Below are positions 26,343 to 38,099 of a stretch of DNA of 64,000 nt, one piece after another. This DNA is from Octopus vulgaris (lineage: Eukaryota). A model generated the notes under the pieces. It ran no database searches. It worked only from the letters and a program-made list of their open reading frames with translations, and was not told where the DNA came from. Both the position numbers and the translations under genes were made by a program. The first letter of the stretch is position 1. Each line of letters starts with the position of its first letter. Location of the stretch: the NCBI GenBank assembly GCA_951406725.2, contig OX597827.1:51522001-51586000 (forward strand), read 5' to 3'.

Positions 26343-26537
26343 GTTAGCATTTTTCATTCTTTACGCATGTAAAATAGATTACATTAAACTAATAGAATGA
26401 TGACCTCTTTCTCATTTGTTCTACTGTAGAATACAGTTGTAGCTTCATTTTCTAGTATTATATATTTATTTAGTCATTTCATCTTTTTTACGACCTTTTA
26501 AAGAGAAAATAAATTTCTCAATTTTTTTGTTTTTTAG

Positions 26538-26624
26538 AACAAGAAACAGAAAGGGTCTCAAAAGCAGCAAAGATTGGGAAAGAACCGAAGGAATCAAAGC
26601 AAATTCCGAAATAAAAAGAAATGA
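26538..26624 (+). CDS. EBP2: EBP2 exon 9 (terminal), NKKQKGSQKQQRLGKNRRNQSKFRNKKK*
   Basis: Acceptor tttttag, R(L/P)GK.RR motif, TGA at 26622-26624. Summed CDS is 924 nt = 307 aa, the expected size for EBP2. Confidence 0.93.
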   Translation, partial: NKKQKGSQKQQRLGKNRRNQSKFRNKKK

Positions 26625-26653
26625 TTTCAAATTAGTTTATAAATAGCTTTAAA

Positions 26654-26659
26654 AATAAA
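26654..26659 (+). terminator. Polyadenylation signal of EBP2
   Basis: AATAAA 30 nt after the stop, followed by T-rich sequence. Confidence 0.6.
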
Positions 26660-28099
26660 CATTTTTCTTTACATAAAAATTTGTTTCTTGTTAATTATTT
26701 AGTTCTTTCAATCTTATATAAGCTTTTCTTCTTTACCTTTATGTTACCAACCTAGCTCTGATCATAGTATGCCAAAATGCCTAAGACTGCCTGCATCTAT
26801 CCATATTTAAATCAAAATATTTATGTAGATGTTGCTAGTGTGTTAGTGGTAACACAGTACATTATTTCACTTGATAAAATACTGTCTGATAATGTTTCAA
26901 CTTAAATTTTGTATTTTCTATTTTACAAAACCAGTTTCAATTCATGATTTTATAATTTAATTTGAAACATCAGGTTTCAGTATTAGTTTACTTTTTACCT
27001 TTTTACCTTTTTTTTTTTTTATTCATCTTCATCATCAGCAACAACACCTGCTGCCATGCAAAGCAAGAGTAAGCATGCTTGTATACATTACATTAAAGAT
27101 GCATATCAGAAGAGAATTTTTAACTTTTAGCATTTTTGTTACCATATTTCTGTTGAAATACATTGCTTTTGTTTGAATTAATTTTGGAAAAAAAGAAAAA
27201 TTTAATAAAATGATTTTGTCCTTAAGCTGGTGTAATGGAACATAACATGAAATATTGGAAGGCTTTTAATTTAGATCACTCCTTATTTTTCTAACCAGGT
27301 TCTACACTCATATTTTTGTTACTTCTGAGTATACCCTAGTACATCACCATTTCTCTGCTGCTCTCTTTTACACTTTTGCTGTTCCCTACTCTCTCTCTCC
27401 CTCAGCTGTGCAGTCAAATTCATAAAAATAATTATCATTCTCATAAAATATCTAGGTTTTGGTTCTTGTATGTCTAAAATTTTTTAGTAACTTCTTTATT
27501 TTAAAATCTTTCAGCAACATTCAGCTCATAAACTAATAAAAGTGCTTTGTGTCATTGGGAATCTCTTTTTGCTTATTTCTGTAAGCAGTGATACTAATGG
27601 GTTCTAGGGAATAGGGGTGCATTAACGTCTGTGAGGTTAAGGTTGGGAAAAAGAGAAAGGGTTAGATGCTATAAGCCATCCACTTCTTTCTGTAAGCTGA
27701 AAAGTTGGAGGAAACTACCCTCTATCATACCCTGCCCCATTTTCCATCAGAAAAATGCGAACACACAGAATATGTTGGGAAGTATTGTTTATGGAAAGTA
27801 TAAGAAGCCTACAAAAGGAAAAGTATGTAAATGTAGAAAGTGGAATGATGGTTACTTGGTGTTTTTATCTAGTCAGACCAAAGATGAAAAGTCTGTCATC
27901 AACTTCCTTTAGTCTGAAATTTAACTTATTTGACCTTTGGCACTTCTGAACCACATTACCACCACTCCACCCAGATTACCATTAGAACTTTATACTTCTC
28001 AGATTCTACCATCATAGATCTTATTGTACACTGTTGTTGATTTGTATCAAACCAATCTACCATGACTTCTCAAATTTTTTGAATTTCTTGTGTACTTCA

Positions 28100-29410
28100 T
28101 ACGTTACTAGCTTCGTACTTTCTTTACCTTCTGTCTCTCTCTTCCGATATGTCTGATCATAAATCTTTCCTCCTCTACCTACACCACCATCTCAAACATA
28201 ACCTCACCATGTTTCCTATCTGCTGCCTCCAACCCCTTTTCAAACTATACATTATCAAAAGAAACCTGTTTCTCTAACCACATATCCTACCTCACTTGCT
28301 ACCTTCACCATGACCTCATTCCCAAAAGATACTGCCTCCATTCTCGCCCTACCTTCCATTCTACTTCCAATATCTTAACCATTCTTCACACCACTTCCTG
28401 CTGCCTTTTGCGTGCCACCATCTGCTCTAATCTCTCCAAAATACGCCCCTTGATCGCCTTCTCCCTTTTACTTACTCCATTTTCTGTTGCCCACACCATC
28501 CTTCATTTCATTCTTTACCTCAACTGCTTTTCTTTTTTGCTTGCACAAAACACTACAAACTTCAGTCACTCCTCCATCCTGTCCCATCCCACGCCTCTTC
28601 ACCCACCCCTTCTCCATCTCTAACCCTCTTCAACTTTTCCCCAACTCCTCTGCTACTCCCACTTTCCAGACACACCCCAGTTACCACATTTACCTCCACC
28701 CAACTCACCTTCATCCACCCACCCCTCTCCTCTTCACTCTTGTTACTATTCAGCCTGATCGCTCTCTCTCTCAAGTCGAACGTTCTCTCCTTTGTAGGGG
28801 TGGGGGTGTCTGTTTCATACCACTCACTCCGTCCAGCAACGAGTTTCCAACCGGAGCTGATGTCCGACATTGTGTTCGCCGTGTCGGGCTGTATACTCCA
28901 CAATACTCTGACTGCATCTAACGAAGAAGACTGCTTCATTGACCTGGGCCGCTGAGCATCCCGCTGGACGCCGGCTCCCGGCCAATTCCAGGCAGTTGAT
29001 CCAGTTGCAAGTTTTGCCAATGCCGTTTCAATTTTCAGAGGCGACCCCGATATTTCAACATTTGAGCTGAACTCTCAGCTCCGATATCGTCATTAAAGCA
29101 ACCGACAAAGGTGAAACCATGGCCGTGTGATGTGCAGACCTCTTCAAGGCTGAGGTGCTCCGCCAACTCCAAGGCACCTCATTCTATCGCCTACTACCCC
29201 CCAATTCCTCGTCACACTATCAACAAATCGTCTAGTCTACCATTCACGATCTTATTTCCTCCATTCTACCGCCTCCAACCTTATCCATACCCCACGCACC
29301 ACCATCATTTACTTCCTAAAATTCACAAACCCAACAACCCTGCCGTCCTATCGTTTTTGCTTGCAGCTGTCCCTCTGAACTCCTCAAAATACCTTGACCT
29401 TATCCTCTGT
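28100..29410 (+). mobile_element. Penelope-like element, N-terminal and RT-start remnant
   Basis: LSQVERSLLCRG..FIPLTP, SDIVIKATDKG (the PLE IVIKPADKG motif), LLPKIHKPNNP.. Confidence 0.8.
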
Positions 29411-29587
29411 TAGGAATCCTGGCTTAAAATCTAAGAAGCTATTCATTACAAAAGTATTTTGTTAGTTGCACTGCAGTAATGTGAGTGAAACATGTTTATC
29501 CTAGCTGCACCAGGACTCACTGGGAAGTATTGAAAAAATGTATACGACGACATCAAAATAAGTCAACTTGAAAAATTATTTGACAAT

Positions 29588-29972
29588 AGGCGCAGGAGTG
29601 GCTGTGTGGTAAGTAGCTTGCTTACCAACCACGTGGTTCCGGGAGTCATTCCTACTGCGTGGCACCTTGGGCAAGTGTCTTCTACTATAGCCTCGGACCA
29701 ACCAAAGCCTTGTGAGTGGATTTGGTAGACGGAAACTGAAAGAAGCCTGTCGTATATATGTATATTGTATGTGTGTGTCTGTGCTTGTCCGCCCAACATC
29801 GCTTGACAACCGATGGTGGTGTATTTACGTCCCCGTTACTTAGCGGTTCGGCAAAAGAGACCTATAGAATAAGTACTAGGCTTACAAAAAATAAGTCATG
29901 GGGCTCGATTTGCTCGACTAAAGACGGTGCTCCAGCATGGCCGCAATCAAATGACTGAAACAAGTAAAAAAG
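29588..29972 (+). mobile_element. tRNA-derived SINE family A, full copy
   Basis: Head aggcgcaggagtggctgtgtggtaag with A/B-box-like motifs, central TA/TG microsatellite, tail ...aatgactgaaacaagtaaaa. At least 8 copies in the window. Confidence 0.9.
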
Positions 29973-30704
29973 TAATATGATAAAGTGTGTCAGTCATATA
30001 TATATATTCAAAACAATCCCGTACGCTTCAAAGTCTGTAAAGACATGGATACGAATACATAACTTTTTTACTCCATTCTCCAATTTGTTAGTTTTCAAAC
30101 GAAAAATTTGGTTCGGGGTTTCTAATTTCACAAGAAAATCCTCACAATACGAACACCGATTTTATGACTTTTTTATGATGACTCAAAATGGACGATCACA
30201 TTGAATTTCAAGGATTTCATTTAATTACTTTGATTTATCAGTTAAAAGCAAAGACAATAATTATTTTTTCTCACTTAGTAAGACTTGAGAAATTCGGGCT
30301 TTGCTAACATTTTGGAGAGAAAATTTTATGGAGGCAGACTTTCCACTTTTCCATACATGCAGGAAACTGACAGAAGTGTCAAAATATCATAGGCAGCATT
30401 ATGGATCATTTTTAATTTTAATACTTGTCGCTTGAGTGTTGAAGTGTGACCTGTGGTAGTGACTGGATGAGTTGAGGAATGAAAATATGTTTCTTGGGTT
30501 GCGTGAAGAAGTAACTGGGCAACACCCGCGAATATTTTACAAAAGATTTTATTATTGCACAAAGTCAAACTGCGTCAACCTTTTGCAGATAACAACAGCA
30601 ATAATTGCATACTAGGAGAGAAAGGTAAACCGCGCTACGTTTGAAGAAGTTACTTTCGAGACATTGTTTGAATGTGTAGCGAACTTCCTCTCTCTATTAT
30701 ATAT

Positions 30705-31564
30705 ATATAATAACAATATAATAAATAAATAAAATATATGCATATATACATACATATATGTACATACTTACATTTATATCTATATATACATGCATATATG
30801 TATATATTTATGAGTACAGGACACCACAATTAAACGTAGAACACAACGAGAAACGAAAACATAAAATCAAACAAGGAAACGGACTTTTTTTAACAACGAA
30901 AAAACAGAGTACAGGGCAAACAATACAAGGAAAATTCCCCTTCATCAGCAGCCCCTGGTTCGACTCAATGCGTGTTTCGAAGGTAAGGGCAGAACACGGC
31001 CAGACCGAAACAATCCTTCCTGCAAAAGGAATTAAATAAGATTCTCTTGCAGAGGGGTAAAACAAGTGACAAGAACAGGACGTAAAAGCAATACAAATGA
31101 AGAAAAAACAGTACAAATAAGGAATAACAGGACAGGGAACCAACAATAAGGGCCTTTTTTGGCCCAGACGATGGAAAAAATTAGTTAGAACGCATGTGAA
31201 AAATCGGCTTGCGAAAGACAGGGAAGTCGATCTATGCTTGTCGAAAGCACGGAGCGGAAAGAAAGATTTAGTAGCACTCTGGTCACGGCCAGAGAGAGGA
31301 GGAGGAGGAGAGAGAGAGGGGGGGAAGAAACCAGAAAGGGTGAAAAATAAGGAGAGAGACAAGTAGAGAGGAAGACAGACAGGCAGGGAGGAAAGGTGAA
31401 GTAAAGAGTAAGAGTGCGCGTCATGATTATTCAAATAAAAACTTACTTGGAGAAGAGAAATAACGCGTACGTTCGGTCATATAATAACAATATAATAAAT
31501 AAATAAAATATATGCATATTTACATACATATATGTACATACTTACATCTATATCTATATATACA

Positions 31565-31620
<56 letters not shown>

Positions 31621-31915
31621 TACAGGACACCACAAATAAACGTAGAACACAACGAGAAACGAAAACATAAAATCAAACAAGGAAACGGACTTTTTTTAAC
31701 AACGAAAAAACAGAGTACAGGACAAACAATACAAGGAACATTCCTCTTCATCAGCTGCCCCTGATTCGACTCAATGCGTGTTTCGAAGGTAAGGGCAGAA
31801 CACGGCCAGACCGAAACAATCCTTCCTGCAAAAGGAATTAAATAAAATTCTTTTGCAGAGGGGTAAAACAAGTGACAAGAACAGGACGTAAAAGCAATAC
31901 AAATGAAGAAAAAAC
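30705..31915 (-). mobile_element. Non-autonomous Penelope-like 3' end with a partial tandem duplication (pseudo-LTR), inserted in the LTR
   Basis: Near-identical ~410-bp direct repeats at 30705-31110 and 31480-31915 with a unique middle, TA-microsatellite association, and hammerhead-like cores on the minus strand. Confidence 0.65.
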
Positions 31916-32541
31916 ATATAAATACTTACGAACATAGCAGGTAACTGCTAACCTTTGGACGCTGTTTTGGAACCAAGTGTGTCTAACACTCTGATTGGTT
32001 GGTATTGGCGCAATTTGTCTCTTATTCTATCGCGCGCCAATATGCAACCCAACCAATCGCAATCTCGAAATAAATTACGTAAGACAGTCTTTTCTAAACT
32101 GCATTTGAGCATACCGTCAGCTATAAAAATTCACCTCCTTCTAGTCTCGGCGTCTGTTGGTTCCAGACATCCTAAGGTCTAACAACTGACCACATTACAG
32201 CGACCTCCATCATCGTCGCCACCGTGATGTCTCTCTCCAACGTCGTCAACAACATATAAACAGCACCGACAACATTGGACAGGTTCTAACATATCGCTAT
32301 TCGTGAGCTTCTCACTAGGGTTAACAGCAAACATACAGCCCACGTAGATGCATGTAGATATATGAATAAATGTCCATCAACCACTTTCGTTCAGCTTGTG
32401 TATATATACGTGTGTCCACAATAAACGTGTCTAAAGTTATTACCTTTGTTCCCTGTATTTCTTTACCGGGTTCCTACCAAATCAGATTGCAGTCCTCTGA
32501 GCGGAGTCACATTAGATGGAATACCACCTATCCATCTAAAG

Positions 32542-32558
32542 TGGTGACCCGACGTGAT
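32542..32558 (+). promoter_or_regulatory. Primer binding site complementary to the tRNA-Trp 3' end
   Basis: TGGTGACCCGACGTGAT versus the tRNA-Trp complement TGGTGACCCCGACGTGAT (one C missing), 1 nt after the LTR end. Confidence 0.85.
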
Positions 32559-32739
32559 GTGGACACTATCTAACTATAATGGTAACCCCGACACAGCATG
32601 GACACTTACCCTTCTAAAAGTGTGACCCGACGTGTAAAACGCTCTACGACGTTCGAGACCATTATCCATCTAAAATGATGACCACGACGTTCCAGACCAC
32701 TAAACCAACTAAAATGGTGACACGACACAGCACACACTA

Positions 32740-33190
32740 CACGCCCGTCGACTTACCGAATGCGGACCCCACATCTTACGTCACGTGACTCAGGTCATTC
32801 TTTGCTGACATGCCACCAATGCTTCCTCGTGACCAGTCTATTTCTTCTACAGTACCTCCGGATATTTCTACCTGGACTCACGTGTTTGTAGGAAATGATG
32901 CCGTCAAGGGGCCACTCACACCTCCCTACACTGGGCCCTATCGCGTTCTTAAAAGCACACCGAAACTGTTCACTGTGGACATTCACGGGAAAAAAGAGAG
33001 ACTTCTTTATCGACAGAGTAAAAAAAGCCTTTTCTGAAACATTTATGTCACTTGCTGACACACCCATCATTCCACAAACACTGCCCCCCACCACAACCAC
33101 CATCTCCACTCACCAAAACACCATTCTTCACCTTACAGGACACGTTCTGGCAGATCTGTTTATTGGCCGAAGACATTGTCTCAGACTATT
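32740..33190 (+). pseudogene. Integrase C-terminal (GPY/F) remnant
   Basis: THVFVGNDAVKGPLTPPYTGPYRVLKSTPKLFTVDIHGKKE, then a frameshift to IDRVKKA, then TGRSGRSVYWPKTLSDY. Typical of CsRn1-clade integrase tails. Confidence 0.85.
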
Positions 33191-35356
33191 TACATTTCTC
33201 AACTTTGCCTCGCCAGTGACTGTTCCGGAGAATAGGCCTATGTTGCTATAGACACCGCATTCATAGTTTCTCTCTTTCTGTATCATTGTACATACATGCT
33301 TTGTTCTATTTGATGGACACCTTTCTTTGCCGAACGTTTTTCCTTGTTGTTCCTCTTTTGATTGTTAAATGTTTTGTTCTTATTTTTTTTTATTGCTCAG
33401 TGTTCATATTGCATTTGAGCCTAATGTCACCTATAAAAATTCACCTCCTTCTAGTCTTGGCGTCTGTTGGTTCCAGACCTCCTAAGGTCTAACAACTGAT
33501 CACATTACAGCAACCTCCATTTTCGTCGTCACTGTAATGTCTCACCAACTTCGTCGACATCATATACACAACACCAACACACTGAACTGGTTCTAACATA
33601 TCGCTATTCGTGAGCTTCTCACCAGGGTTAACAGCAAACATACAACCCACGCAGATACATGTAGATATATGAATAAATGTCCATCAACCACTTTCGTTCA
33701 GCTTGTGTATATATACGTGTGTCCACAATAAACGTGTCTAAAGTTATTACCTTTGTTCCCTGTATTTCTTTACCGGGTTCCTACCAAATCAGATTGCAGT
33801 CCTCTGAGCGGGGTCACATTAGATGGAATACCACTTATCCATCTAAAAATATTGAGTTTAGTCTTTCAAAGAACCCCTAAATGTTCGCACAAATATCTGG
33901 AAACGTCTTATGTGGCAAGAATGGAGGCACATATCGCTCAGCTGCCTCAACATTCTGCAGGGCAAGAGGTGAAACGTGTGAGTGAGTTGACCGCTCTCAA
34001 CGTTCTGCAAAGAATGTTGGCACCAAAAGTAACTTTTTATAGAGTACAAGAAGATTCTAGAGGATTAAATCATGTGATGGTTTGACGCTGATTGGTTGCT
34101 TAAAGACCGGTTACGTGAAACTACTGTTGTTCAGTCGTGATATCTGACCGGATATCCAGAGATTCGGTTTCGAAACCCCGCTACACATTTAATACTGATA
34201 AAATAATTTCCTGCAAATGAATACAGGTCATGAGAATAATCAAGTTAGGTGTTAAATTCATTCGATGAAAGCTATATTTCTACGTCAAATTGGCTCAGTG
34301 AAACATTTTTGTTGTTAAATGTTGACCTAGAGTCAGAATCAAAATTATCAGTATTAACAGTGGGTTACGAAGTAGCAAAGCTAGTAGTCAAAGCTTTGAA
34401 ACTTCTGGTTCAATTTTCTAAAACATCGTCAAGACGGTATTCTCAATTTATAGAATTTAAAGCATTGTCATTGATGACGCCAGTTACACAATTTGGTGAA
34501 ACTGCAAAAGCAACAGCCATTGAATCTTAGTTATTCAATTATTATAAGAGTCAGATTGTTCGTGATCTTTTAAAGGATTCTGCTTGTTATTCCTTTAAGA
34601 AATGCTGCGATATTTTATTTTAATAAAGGAATAATGAGATTCAAGTGTTCTTTCTCAGTTGCTCAATAGTATTTGGGATTTTTATCCTGAAAAAAACAAA
34701 AAACAATGAAGATCAATGGACTATAACAGTCTGCATTAACGTAACAAGTAGAGAAAGTATATCACTACCAGTTTAAATCAAGAACAATAATTAGCGAGTA
34801 AGGTACTGTCTTCAGTCTGTATTTTAGAAATAAATTATAAAAGCGGATGGTTATAGCTTGGTTAGTTTAATGTAATAAGCATATTTATTAAGTCGTGCTT
34901 GCACGAGCATTTTCCAACCGGAATTTCTTAGAACTCTAGGATTATGAGAGAAATATAGTACCTAGTTTTATATTCGTAATTATGTTATGTAAGTACGACA
35001 GATGCCTTAAAGTAGGGACGAAGTTATAAAAAGAAACTACGGGAAAAGTAAGGGAGTTTGGTCTTAAAGGTCTTGGTTAGGAAGGAATTTCTAAAATCAT
35101 TTTTGTGACATTAGATGATTTTAGCACGGCCAAACCTTTTACAAACACTTTTAGGAATTGTTGATTTTTAGTTGCCTGTTTTAATTAGTGAAGCAAGAAA
35201 GAGTTCACCAGTCACCAACTTATTATTACCAAAACGTATTGGTGAAATAGATTAACTTAACTGAATGTCACAAGGTATCTTGACATACAACTTGAAACAT
35301 CTTTAAAAAATAAGTTTTTGGCTACACCAAAAAATATTTTCTGATGGAACAGAAAA

Positions 35357-35686
35357 AGGCGTGGTTGAGTGGTATAAAGCTTGCTTCCCAACCACATAGT
35401 TCCGGGTTCAGTCCCATGCGTGGCACATTGAACAAGTGTTTTGTACTATAGCCTCGGGCCAACCGAAGCCTTGTCAGTGGATTTGGTAGACGGGAACTGA
35501 AAGAAGCCTGTCATATATATATGTGTGTGCGTGTGTTTGTCCCCGCCCCGCTTGACAACCAATTTTGGTGTGTTAGTAAGAAATATCAATATTAAAAAAT
35601 TAATACTGGGGTCGATTCTTTCGACTAAAATTCTTGAAGGCGGTGCCCCAGCGTAGCCGCAATCTAATGACTGAAAGAAATAAAAG
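35357..35686 (+). mobile_element. SINE family A, diverged copy
   Basis: gcttgcttcccaaccac..gggttcagtccc..gccttgt.agtggatttggtagacgg..ctggggtcgat..aatgactgaaa. Confidence 0.85.
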
Positions 35687-37171
35687 ATACACCGGGAATT
35701 AAGTGGCTGTAGAATGTTAGAATATTTGGCATTTGGTAAACATTCAATAATATGTACAAAATGAGTAGAAATTACACGGAGACTAAATAAATTTTCATTT
35801 GTCATTTTTTTTGCATTTGAATAGTTTTATTACAAAAGTAGAAATACTGCTGGTGTATTTTGTTCAATAAACAAAATCTCCGTCGGAAACCATACGGCAA
35901 CACTAGATTATTGAATGAATAAAATGCAGTTCCATATTCAGAAATGTTTTGTGCATGTATTTATTAAAATATTTCGTATTTCAATCATTTATTGAAGTTA
36001 TCTGTGAATGATGTTTTAAACAGAAGACTGGGCGCGATTTGTGTGTGCGTGTGCAGAGCTATATCATAATTACATTCGAGTAAGCTATGTTCAAGCTCCA
36101 GCAGAAATGAATTTTCATATGGAAAGAGCGGTAAAATATCATCGTATTATTAGTTGAAAGCGGTCACGTGACTAGGATGCAATGTTCCCCCACGTTGACT
36201 GAAAGTATTTTGGCTATAAATAACGTCTCAGAATAGTTTTGTAGCTTATCAAAATGTTTTTAAAGAGTTTTGATTATCTTTTTAGTCTAAACTTATTTCT
36301 AAGCAATAGGATTAAGTTAATAAATACAATAGCTGAACGAAACTAATTTGTGTGCAAGCTAGTTTTACATGTATTTATGTATATATATGTAAAGTTAGAA
36401 TGTGCATATTCAAGGAGAAGGAAAGGGAAAATGTATTTATGGGCGAACGCTGTGTCTACATAATATGATGAACATTTTAGAAGATTAATGGGAGTAGAAT
36501 ATATTACATTCATTCGCTTTAAGACGAACAGATGACAAAGAATGGTCAACGTTAATATGAATTAGTTGGATCATTTATCTTTTACTTGTTTCAGTCATTG
36601 ACCTGCGGTCATGTTAGGGCACCTCATTGAAGGTGTCGCGGGGTGGTTGCTGTCGCTCGAGTTGAGCTGGTCAATGAAACTATATTTCGTTGGTCGCCTG
36701 AATTATAACTAAAGCAAACTTGTGAACATTTAACTGAAATATTTATTGCCAGACATTAAGATATTTGGTGTTGGCTATTTATAATGAACAATATTAATAA
36801 TTGCCAGCTGGGAAAGAGAAAAACGGCTCTGAAATTATAGAAAGTTATCTAAGTGAAAACATGCGGTCGGTCCAAAAATACACGAAATCATCTGTGCAAA
36901 TCTTCTAAGCGGTCTGTGGTGACAATAGTCCCATGGCCATCTGTCCCCTAAGCTACGCGTCAAATGTTTTTTTTTGGTGGGGACCAAAAGCCAAATTGTA
37001 GAACGTTCGAGAAAACCATATCACGCCACAATGTCACTCTAATAGGCCAATTTATAGACCGATCACATGAAACTATGGTGATTCACTCGTGGTATCTGAG
37101 CGTATATCTAGTGGTAAGGTTTCGAATCCCTGATACAAAAAGCTTTTAGTCGAATGAATCGACCCCAGTAC

Positions 37172-37752
37172 TTGTGGCTGCTAGATGTTGATACTATTTG
37201 TGCTTGAACTGATTTGCTAACTGTTAGGAGCTGTATATGACTGCTGGTGTGAGCTGGCTATTGATTGTTGGGTGCTGGCTGTTATTTCTAGTGTTGGAGA
37301 TCAACAGTTGTACATAGAAGAAAATGACGAACTCTGTTGAGGTGTTTACATTATTTCTGGTTGAAAGAGTTTGAACGTTACTGTACTTGGTGTAATTGAA
37401 ATAGTATTATGACAAATGTTGAGAGAGTTTAAATGTTATTGGAATGGTATTATGATAGATGTTGAGAAAGTTTTGATGTTATTGTAATTGAAATAGTATT
37501 AGAAAAGTTGTGTTTCCGCCGGATAGTTCGTCATGATGATATTAGCTAGGTCCAGTCGTTTCATGTTCTCTCTGCTATATCTCAAAGTTTTCTGGGTCTT
37601 GGCGGCCGCATGTGTTGATTTTGTAAGTATCATGAGACTCAGAAGTGAAAGCGCCTAGAGTTGATATTAGTTGCTGAAGCCCTATTTCATGTGAAGTCGT
37701 GATTGGCCAGATTCCATCGGTCACGTGGGCAGTATTCCAGTAAATCGTGACA
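37172..37752. mobile_element. Possible LTR fragment between duplicated SINE segments
   Basis: TG...CGTGACA ends, internal ~45-bp tandem at 37390-37500, flanked by direct copies of ttttagtcgaatgaatcgac (37144, 37768). Confidence 0.35.
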
Positions 37753-38099
37753 TTCGTTACAAATTATTTTTAGTCGAATGAATCGACTTTAGTACTTACT
37801 TTTTAGAGCCTGGCTTTTATTCTGTCGCCTTCTTTTACCGAACCGCTAGATTATGGAGATGTATACAAACCAATACTAGTTGTCAAACGGTGGTAGGGAA
37901 TAATCATAAACACAAAGACGAACAAACATAGATGTTTCCGCCTGCCAAATCTACTCATAAGAGTTGTGCCACGCAGTAGGACAACCTGCATATATGTGGC
38001 TGGGAAGCAAACTTCATATCACACGACGGTTCAGTTTTATTATCTAACTTATATTTCATCATGATTAATTTAGAGTCCTTATTTATATTATAAATAGTA

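Larger units (their letters stand above)
30675..33847 (+). mobile_element. Internally deleted (non-autonomous) Ty3/gypsy LTR retrotransposon, CsRn1/Kabuki-like
   Basis: 5' LTR 30675(TGTAG)..32540(CTAAA), split by an insertion at ~30705-31915. PBS TGGTGACCC-GACGTGAT at 32542. Integrase C-terminal remnant. 3' LTR ~33241-33847; 32100-32540 aligns with 33410-33847. Flanks aatg/aata may be an imperfect 4-bp TSD. Confidence 0.85.
30250..34030 (+). mobile_element. Decayed RTE-type LINE C-terminal fragment interrupted by the LTR element (parts ~30250-30674 and 33848-34030)
   Basis: GKP..RLK before the LTR element. After it, ..KEPLNVRTNIWKRLMWQEWRHI resembles the RTE G.P..R.KD...W..L..DR..WR tail. 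Confidence 0.4.

Noticed and set aside
26385-26460. C/D box snoRNA in EBP2 intron 8 (ATGATGA box C with weak terminal complementarity)
   Set aside because: No CTGA box D at a suitable distance.
32525-32735. CRISPR-like repeat-spacer appearance
   Set aside because: Eukaryotic context, no cas genes, degenerate repeats explained as LTR-end + PBS, and the linkers are related to each other.
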